Assembly (NCBI GenBank): GCA_041752695.1
Contig: JBGSVZ010000013.1
Span: forward strand, 1 to 22,247
DNA from: Terrimicrobiaceae bacterium
GTDB taxonomy: Bacteria; Verrucomicrobiota; Verrucomicrobiia; Chthoniobacterales; Terrimicrobiaceae
Reading direction: 5' to 3'
Length of the DNA stretch: 22,247 bases
Shown here: piece after piece, positions 15,680 to 22,247 of the stretch
Position numbering within the stretch: the first letter of the stretch is position 1
How the letters are laid out: every line of letters begins with the position of its first letter
Made by a program: the position numbers and the translations under genes
The notes under the pieces: generated by a model
Databases searched by the model: none
Seen by the model: the letters and a program-made list of their open reading frames with translations, nothing else
Told to the model about the DNA's origin: nothing

Positions 15680-16976
15680 CACCTCCAATCTATCGCCCGA
15701 AACGCGCGCCGTGCTCTCTGTTTCCGACGGGAAAGCCCCGCGGCGCTTTCTCACCCTGGCCCTTCTCTCGCTGGCGGCCTCGTCACTCTGGCTGGCCGCC
15801 CGTCCGGAACTGCTGCTCGAAGCCAAACCCGGCGCGCATCTGCTGGGCTGGCTCTATTTGCTGGTGGTGGGATTTTTCTTTTCCGCGGGCTTTGCCGCCT
15901 TCTACTCCGTGGCACCGGCGGCCTTCCAGACCCGGCTCTTTCGCGGCGTCATGGCGCACGGGCATTTCCTCGCTCATGTCCTGTGCGTGCTGTTTCTCAT
16001 TCCGCTCTTCTTCTTTTCCGGCGCGGAGTGGTTGAAACATTTCTGGCCGGTCCTCTATGCCATTCCGCTGATCTTCGTTCTTCCGCTGGTATGGGCGTTG
16101 CAATCCGGCAAACGCGGAGGTGCGGCGCTGGCCTTCCTGCGGGCGGCGGGATTCTGGCTGGTGGTGGTTTTTGCAGCCGCCATTCTGCTCACGGTGAATC
16201 ATTTTTCGCCTTTCGTTCGGGAGGGTCAATGGATCGCGGCGACGTTGCAGATTTTGATCGCGGGGGTCTTTGGGAATTTGATCCTTGGCACTTTGCTGGC
16301 GTTGGTGGCACCGCCGTCGGGCGACGGCCGTCCGCTTCCCGGTCGGGCTTGGATGGGGTTTCTGGCGATTAATCTGGGCGTCGCGCTGCTCTTCCATGCC
16401 ATGGCCCTCGGGCCGCGCGCGCTGATTGTCGGATGCGCGGCGGTCTTTCTCGCCGGGGTTTTGCTCATCACGTTGGAGATCTATTCGCTCCAGCGCCGCG
16501 CTGTTCTACCCGCGATGGATTCGCCGATGAAATTCCTTTTCATCGCCGTCCTGCTCATCATTCCCAGCGTTTCGATTGGCGTAGCCGGACTATGGGGCGC
16601 GGAGTTGCTGCCGGACACTTCCCAGGCGATCCAGAACTCCGGCGTGCTGGCCGCGTTGCTCGGAGTGGTTGCGCTGGCCGCCATCGGGCTCATCGACAAA
16701 TTGCTCCCCCTCCTGCCGGGAGCGTCCCAACCCCAAGCGGCGGAGGGCTTGGCAAAAAATCCGCTCATGCCGCAGATCCAGGTGGCCGGGTACATCAATG
16801 ATCTGGTCGGCGTCTGCCTGATGGTTCCCGGAATTTTGATCGGCAGCGAAAGGGTTGTTTCGTTGGGCACGCTCTTTTTTGTAATGGGGGTCGTCGGGTT
16901 CCTGGTTCACGCCGTCCTCCTGGGGCAACGGCCGGAGGCGGCTGTTCCGCAGGGTGCGCCGGTGGGAACAGCCTGA
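15666..16976 (+). CDS. Polytopic membrane protein (~12 TM), divergent heme-copper oxidase subunit I/NnrS-like fold, 436 aa
   Basis: Very hydrophobic ORF overlapping the ccoI stop by 14 nt. It has three repeats of a G-x7-(G/A)-x6-7-P helix pattern and local similarity to the CcoN in this window. Confidence 0.7.
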   Translation: MLTPDTSNLSPETRAVLSVSDGKAPRRFLTLALLSLAASSLWLAARPELLLEAKPGAHLLGWLYLLVVGFFFSAGFAAFYSVAPAAFQTRLFRGVMAHGHFLAHVLCVLFLIPLFFFSGAEWLKHFWPVLYAIPLIFVLPLVWALQSGKRGGAALAFLRAAGFWLVVVFAAAILLTVNHFSPFVREGQWIAATLQILIAGVFGNLILGTLLALVAPPSGDGRPLPGRAWMGFLAINLGVALLFHAMALGPRALIVGCAAVFLAGVLLITLEIYSLQRRAVLPAMDSPMKFLFIAVLLIIPSVSIGVAGLWGAELLPDTSQAIQNSGVLAALLGVVALAAIGLIDKLLPLLPGASQPQAAEGLAKNPLMPQIQVAGYINDLVGVCLMVPGILIGSERVVSLGTLFFVMGVVGFLVHAVLLGQRPEAAVPQGAPVGTA

Positions 16977-16992
16977 CCCGCCGGGGCTGCTT

Positions 16993-19986
16993 TCAGGCGC
17001 GCAGGGTGAGCTTTTCCCCCTCGCGCAGATTGACCAGACTGGCGGAGATATTTTCCAGCGGGAGACCCGTCAGAATGGCGAGGCTGCGGCGGTAGAGCGC
17101 CATTTGTTCGCCGTATGAGGCGGCAAGGTCTTTGCCGCCGGTTTTGAAATCGATGATTTCGGCGTGTCCGTCGGTGAGGACAACGCGGTCGAAGACGCCG
17201 CTGATCCAACGGCCGTCGAGCATGATGTCGAAGGCTTGTTCGCGCCAGAGAGTGACATTTCCCGGTGGGCGGGTGAAGAGCGTGGTGGCGGTGGGGGTTT
17301 TCAGAAATTCCCTCACCAGGGCGCTCGCTGGGGGAGAAACTGTGTCCATGGCGGGCAGGGGGGCGTCGAGCCAGGTGATCCGTGCGAGGACTTCGTGCTC
17401 TTCGGTGCCGAGGGAGAGGGCGGCGCTTTGGCCGAGAAGCGGGACGGCATGGCGGCGCGAGGGAAAGTCCGGCCGCGGTTCGGCGGGTGGCTGGCCGGGG
17501 AGCGGGCGGAAATCGCAGACCGTCGCTGGGTTTTTTTCCGGAGAAACGTGGGCGGGCCAGTCGGGGTTGCCGCTCAGATAGGTGTCGCCTTCCCAGACAA
17601 AAGTGCCGTGGAGGAGGCGGTTGAAGTCGCGGCGTTTGCTGTCGGATTTTTGCCGGCTGCTCAGCAAATACAGGCCGTGTTTTGCCCGGGTGAGGGCCAC
17701 GTAATAGAGGCAGAAGTGTTCGTAGGTGTCGGAGGCAAGGACATCGGCGGCGGCTTCGCGCAGCACGGGGTCGGCGTCGCAGATTTTTTGCGGAGGGAGT
17801 TCCATCCCCCATTGGACGCGGCCGTGGCGGTCGGCGTGGAGATGGACCGGGGCTTCCTTGCGCCGCGAGGCTACGGGCAGGCCTTCGAGGTCGGGGAGGA
17901 CGACCATGTCGAAGTCGAGACCCTTCGAGGCGTGGATAGTCAGGACCCGGACGGCTCCGTCCGCTGGGTCTTCGGTGGAGACAAAGGATTGGGCGAATTG
18001 GGTGAATTCATCAATCGTGCCCACGCCGCCGCGCATGGCGTCGAAGTCGGCGCAGGCCTGGAGAAATCCGTGGGAACGTCCTCTGGAAAAGGCGTTGGCG
18101 GGAAGGCCGTCGATCCAGGCGGCGACGGCTCCGGCGAACCCTTCGCGGCGGAGGAGGCGGAGCGCGCTCAGCGGAAAATGAGGGTCCTCCACCACAGGGT
18201 GGAGCGGAGTCATTTTCACGTGTTTCAGCGAAAGCGTGTCGGCGGGGTGGGCGATGGCGCGGAAAAGGGACAGCAGTGCGGCGCCAAGGTCGTTGTCGGA
18301 GCACGGGCAGAACTTGCCCTCCGAGCGCGCTTCGATGCCTTCGGCGCGGAGGGCTTCGATGACGGACATCACGCGGGTGTTGGACCGCACGAGTACAGCG
18401 CAGGAAAGGCCGCGCGAGGCGGGTGCGAGGTTGGCGATGAGTTTCGCGGTTTCCTCATCGAGGGCCTCGGTGCCGCCTTCGTCGATTTGTTTCCAAAACA
18501 CACAGCCGCGGCTGGTTTCCTGGTGGAAGGGCTCATGGTCGCGCCAGGCACTTTTCCAGCGGTCGAGAGTCAAGGCGGGGATTCCCATTTCCTCCGCCAG
18601 ACGCGAGAGGTGGGCGGGATCAAAGAGGGCGTTGACGGCGTCGAGAATTTCCGGAACCGAGCGGCGGGAGATGGCGAGGGATTCGCTGGTGTCGATGCGT
18701 TCTGTGCCGCTTTGATTGTAGTGGTCGGAGATTTCGTCGAAGAGCCGGGGATCCCCGCCGCGCCACGTGTAGATGGCCTGCTTGGTGTCGCCGACGTAGA
18801 AAAACGAACGCCGTCCGGTATCGCTCTGCACGACCTCATCCACCAGATTGCGCACGGCGAGCCATTGCAGGCGGCTGGTATCCTGAAACTCGTCGAGCAG
18901 CCAATGGTCGTGGGTGGCGTCGAGGCGGAAATCCATTTCCTGCCGATCGAACGGACGGAGCGACTGCCCGCCCCAGACCGCGCCGCCCGCCGAAGCGAGC
19001 AGGCCGGTGATGTCGGTGAAAGTGAGCCGTCCGGCGGACCGGACCATTTCCTGATAAGGGGCTTCGAAACGTCCGACCAAATCAAACAGCGCCCGCGACC
19101 GCGTGAGGTGGCTCTCCAGTTCCATGCGGAGGATGGCGCGGCCGAGGGAAACGACCAACGGACGCGAATCGAGGGCGAAGACGAATCGTTTGTTGCCGTG
19201 AACCTTCAGGTAAAACCCGCCGCTCTTGTCTGCGGGCGGGTCGAGGGCCTGCAGGGCGAACTTCAGCGGTGCGTCGCCCACCGGCGACCCCGGGCGGATG
19301 GCACGCAGGTCGGTGAGCAGATTCTCCCAGCGTTCCCGATAGGCGGCGTCCTCGCAGGGTGGAAGGAGGTGCGCGAAATCCTCCGCGAGGGGACCCACTG
19401 CAGGGGCGTCGAGAAAGACTGACCCACCCGGCCAGATGGCACCGGCGTCACCCCAAGGGGTGCCGGGCGGGGTCATCAGATACCGTTCGTGCAGCGCTTC
19501 GATTTCCTGTGCGAGGGTCTCGGTGACGTCGCGTCCTTCGCTGTTGCGGTTTTGTTTGCGGATGAGGTCGAGAAATTCGTCGAAGGCGTCACTGTCTTCG
19601 GCGTGTCCGCGAAAAACCAGATCGAGCACCTGGCGGCGGGCGAGGGCGAGGGAATGTTCGTCGAGCAGGGCGATCTCGCCGGCCAGCCCGCATTCGAAGG
19701 GAAAGGCACGCACCATGCGACCGAAAAATCCATCCAGCGTGCCGAGGGCGAGTTGGGGGAGTTTTTCCACCATGGCGCGCAGGCGCTCGAGGCCCTCGGC
19801 GGAGGAATCCTCCAGGAGACGGCCGAAGATTTTTTCGAGGAACTCGCCGGCGGCCTTGCGAGTGAAGGTGAGGGCGACGATGCGTTCGGGCGGCTCGCCG
19901 AGCGCGAGAAGTTCGAGGTATCGCGAGGTGAGTTTGTAGGTTTTGCCGGAACCTGCATTGGCGATGATGCGCTGGTTTTTGATCAT
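16993..19986 (-). CDS. addA: AddA-like UvrD-family helicase/nuclease, 997 aa
   Basis: ANAGSGKT, TFTRKAAGE, LLDEFQDTS, VGDTKQAIYTWRGG, TIHASKGLDF and YVALTRAK motifs. C-terminal RecB-type nuclease GVFDRV...IIDFKTG...QMALY. ATG 19986 overlaps the addB stop. Confidence 0.88.
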   Translation of the reverse strand: MIKNQRIIANAGSGKTYKLTSRYLELLALGEPPERIVALTFTRKAAGEFLEKIFGRLLEDSSAEGLERLRAMVEKLPQLALGTLDGFFGRMVRAFPFECGLAGEIALLDEHSLALARRQVLDLVFRGHAEDSDAFDEFLDLIRKQNRNSEGRDVTETLAQEIEALHERYLMTPPGTPWGDAGAIWPGGSVFLDAPAVGPLAEDFAHLLPPCEDAAYRERWENLLTDLRAIRPGSPVGDAPLKFALQALDPPADKSGGFYLKVHGNKRFVFALDSRPLVVSLGRAILRMELESHLTRSRALFDLVGRFEAPYQEMVRSAGRLTFTDITGLLASAGGAVWGGQSLRPFDRQEMDFRLDATHDHWLLDEFQDTSRLQWLAVRNLVDEVVQSDTGRRSFFYVGDTKQAIYTWRGGDPRLFDEISDHYNQSGTERIDTSESLAISRRSVPEILDAVNALFDPAHLSRLAEEMGIPALTLDRWKSAWRDHEPFHQETSRGCVFWKQIDEGGTEALDEETAKLIANLAPASRGLSCAVLVRSNTRVMSVIEALRAEGIEARSEGKFCPCSDNDLGAALLSLFRAIAHPADTLSLKHVKMTPLHPVVEDPHFPLSALRLLRREGFAGAVAAWIDGLPANAFSRGRSHGFLQACADFDAMRGGVGTIDEFTQFAQSFVSTEDPADGAVRVLTIHASKGLDFDMVVLPDLEGLPVASRRKEAPVHLHADRHGRVQWGMELPPQKICDADPVLREAAADVLASDTYEHFCLYYVALTRAKHGLYLLSSRQKSDSKRRDFNRLLHGTFVWEGDTYLSGNPDWPAHVSPEKNPATVCDFRPLPGQPPAEPRPDFPSRRHAVPLLGQSAALSLGTEEHEVLARITWLDAPLPAMDTVSPPASALVREFLKTPTATTLFTRPPGNVTLWREQAFDIMLDGRWISGVFDRVVLTDGHAEIIDFKTGGKDLAASYGEQMALYRRSLAILTGLPLENISASLVNLREGEKLTLRA

Positions 19987-22247
19987 GGCGACAGGCCTGG
20001 AGGGACGCAGGCCCTTGCGTCCGTCGAAAGCATGGGATGCGAGGGCCCGCATCCCTCCAGAAATGCGATGGCGGATGCGGGGAGCGCGTCTGCGATGTCC
20101 CCATCGGGAAAGATGCCCTCGAAATCGTCGTAGCGCACCTCGCGCGGCGGCCAGAAGACCCCGCGTCGCACGCGGTCCGCCACCGCCTCGGCGCAACGCA
20201 GGGCGGATTCGAAAAGTGGCTCGTCGATGGCGAACTCAAGGATGCAGCTCTCCTCGAGTTTTTCGGGCAGGAGAAAATAGCCCACCGAGGGTGGGAGGGG
20301 ATCGTCCGGCCAACGGTGCATGGCCAGCGCCCGGTAGAGCGGAAGCTGGAGTTGTTTCCAACGGCGATCCTTGCCTTCCCAGGGAAACTCCGCCTCGGCG
20401 AAATCCCCATCGGCGGGTTCCATATGGGTTTCGGTGGGGGTGTTTCCGTTCACCGATTTGTATGTTTTGTAATCGAGGATGCGGCGCTGTCCGGTTTGTT
20501 CGTGCACCTCCACGCGGTCGATGCGCGCGGTCACGGGCAGACCGCCGAAAGAGATGGTGTCCTCCTCCTTAAAATCGATCTCGGCCTCCACGATCCGCCA
20601 GCCCTCCCGACGGGTGGCGGCTTGCAGGCGGGCGAACTGACGCAGCCGCGCGCGCAGGCTTTCCTTTTGCACGCGGACAGGAAGAGAGAGGTGGTCGCCG
20701 TGTTGATGGGCGAGGATGCTGTCGAGGCTGCCGAACACGAAGTTTTCGATCTCCGTGTTGTCGCGCGAGTCGCGGATTTCGCTTTTGGCAAAGGCTTCGA
20801 CGACCAGGTGCAGCGCGTTGCCGAAATCGCTGGCGTCCATTTCGGCTTTCTCGGCAGCAAACGGTTCCATCTTCAGCACGCGGCTGAGATAAAACCGGAA
20901 CGGGCAACTGAGGTAATTGCCGTAGGCGGTGACGCGGAGTTTGTTGGGCGGTTTCTCTTCCGGAAGATCGAGTGTCCAGAGGCGATCGCGTGCCGGAGCG
21001 GAGCGCAGGGAGGGAACCGGGCCGAAAAGCGATTTCACACGTGCCCGCAGTTCGGTGTCAGGGCAGCGGAAGAGCAACCGCGACGGCCGCAGCGGATCCC
21101 CATCGCCTCCGGTGCGGCTGAGGGTGAGTTTCACCATGCCGGGTTGGCGCGTGGCGAGGACGGTGTGGAGGAGATAAACGTCGCGGGAGAAACGCTGGGC
21201 ATTGGTTTGCAGGCCGAGGGCGGCGCGCAGCGAGTCGGGCAAAAACGGATGTCCCGTGATATTGGCGGGGAGAGCGCCCTCGGTGCAGCCGGCGATCACC
21301 AATGCGGAATGTGGAAGCCAGGGGGCTTCGAGCCAGCCATTGATTTCCACCGCGGCGTCATCATGGCGGCCATAGACGGCGGCGGAGGCCATCTCCGTGT
21401 CGAGCAATTCCGGCGTGCCCGGGCCAACCCTGGATTCCAAAGTGGCCGTGAGGCAGGCGGAGAGGGCGGTGAGCGCATCGGCGGTGTCCGGGCTTGCCTC
21501 CGCGTAAATTTTCGCCAGAAACGCGGGCAGCTTTTCCAGGGAACGCGCCGTGTCGAATTGGGCGCGCAACGACTCCGCCGCGAGAATGAGCGGTCCGCAC
21601 CCCGGACGCGCCAGGGCATCAGGCAGGGAATCGAGGAGGGTGCGGGTGCGGAGGGCGTCGAGGCTTCGGAGAGCTTCCGTGGGCGGGATGCCGGCTTCAC
21701 CGCAGAGGAGTTCCAGAAAGGCCGGTTGTTCCAGCAAAGCCCGCAGCGTGCCAAGTTCGCGCGTGCGGCAAAAGGTGAGCCAGAGCCCGGCGAGCGCCCC
21801 GCACTCAAAGTTTTTCATGGGGCGGCCCCCGGGGTTGTAGGGTTCCCGTCCGGCCCCGCGCAGGGCGCGTTCGTGGAAGGTGAGCAGTTCGGTATCGGCC
21901 AGACAAACCGCCGCCCCGCCCAGGATTCGGGCCGTGACCTCCGCCTCGCTGGCCGGATCCCCCAGGACATAAACGTCGCCCATGCGAAGGGGGAGAAGGG
22001 CAGCGGCCCAGTCGGCGGGATCCGGCCTTCCCCAGGCGTCGAAACGCGCATCGGGACGAGCGGGGGCATCGACCAACACGGTGACCGGAATTCCGGTGGC
22101 GGTAAGATTTTCCAGATACCGTTGGGCAATCCGGTTGAGGTCCGGCACGCCGGCGAGGATGACCCGTGTGATGCCCTCGGGCGGACGACCGGCCGCCGCA
22201 GCGGCGATGCGCGCCTCGTCAGGATCGGTCAATCCGGCCCTGGCCAG
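19983..22247 (-). CDS. addB: AddB-like PD-(D/E)XK nuclease family protein, truncated at the right window edge
   Basis: Inactive-helicase-like region (GWLE...EGALP...FLPDSLR..LGL), YLSCPFRFYL, FGNALH, and nuclease motifs RIDRVE...ILDYKT...LQLPLY. Translationally coupled to addA. The frame is open to 22247. Confidence 0.85.
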   Translation of the reverse strand: MARAGLTDPDEARIAAAAAGRPPEGITRVILAGVPDLNRIAQRYLENLTATGIPVTVLVDAPARPDARFDAWGRPDPADWAAALLPLRMGDVYVLGDPASEAEVTARILGGAAVCLADTELLTFHERALRGAGREPYNPGGRPMKNFECGALAGLWLTFCRTRELGTLRALLEQPAFLELLCGEAGIPPTEALRSLDALRTRTLLDSLPDALARPGCGPLILAAESLRAQFDTARSLEKLPAFLAKIYAEASPDTADALTALSACLTATLESRVGPGTPELLDTEMASAAVYGRHDDAAVEINGWLEAPWLPHSALVIAGCTEGALPANITGHPFLPDSLRAALGLQTNAQRFSRDVYLLHTVLATRQPGMVKLTLSRTGGDGDPLRPSRLLFRCPDTELRARVKSLFGPVPSLRSAPARDRLWTLDLPEEKPPNKLRVTAYGNYLSCPFRFYLSRVLKMEPFAAEKAEMDASDFGNALHLVVEAFAKSEIRDSRDNTEIENFVFGSLDSILAHQHGDHLSLPVRVQKESLRARLRQFARLQAATRREGWRIVEAEIDFKEEDTISFGGLPVTARIDRVEVHEQTGQRRILDYKTYKSVNGNTPTETHMEPADGDFAEAEFPWEGKDRRWKQLQLPLYRALAMHRWPDDPLPPSVGYFLLPEKLEESCILEFAIDEPLFESALRCAEAVADRVRRGVFWPPREVRYDDFEGIFPDGDIADALPASAIAFLEGCGPSHPMLSTDARACVPPGLSP
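19997..20060. repeat. Inverted REP doublet (GGAG-type) inside the addB coding 3' end
   Basis: CTGGAG-GGACGCA-GGCCCT-TGCGTCC (+, from 19997) and CTGGAG-GGATGCG-GGCCCT-CGCATCC (-, from 20060). Each copy is a perfect 7-bp hairpin with the same loop. Confidence 0.85.

Noticed and set aside
17164..19422. 752-aa plus-strand ORF
   Set aside because: Antisense shadow of addA.
19987..20196. 70-aa N-terminal extension of addA in the ORF track
   Set aside because: It overlaps addB out of frame. Walker A follows directly after ATG 19986, which is coupled to the addB stop.

Overview
GC-rich bacterial chromosomal segment. The gene style (fused ccoNO, PocR-AraC regulator, AddAB type, short repeat families) suggests Verrucomicrobiota, which is an inference. 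Left to right: (1) the 3' end of a probable DEAD/DEAH helicase; (2) a minus-strand run of a CDF transporter, a small membrane protein, an MFS transporter, an MsbA-like ABC exporter, a GT1 glycosyltransferase and a PocR-domain AraC regulator; (3) a divergent ~9.2-kb, tightly coupled cbb3 oxidase operon (ccoS, ccoNO fusion, ccoQ, monoheme ccoP, ccoG, a 60-aa membrane peptide, a DsbD_2/TauE-like protein, ccoI, and a 436-aa polytopic protein); (4) convergent addA and truncated addB. The most interesting signals are four. The cbb3 promoter has no FNR box but carries a 21-bp-periodic direct repeat overlapping a weak -35 (AraC-type class II architecture), directly opposite a Cys-rich PocR-AraC gene, making it a candidate FNR-independent regulator of microaerobic respiration. 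The last operon gene looks like a heme-copper oxidase subunit I paralog without the metal ligands. A REP doublet with compensatory base changes is translated inside the addB 3' end. Two other repeat families also supply gene C-termini. No rRNA, tRNA, CRISPR array or transposase was seen. All calls come from motif recognition by eye, with no database searches.
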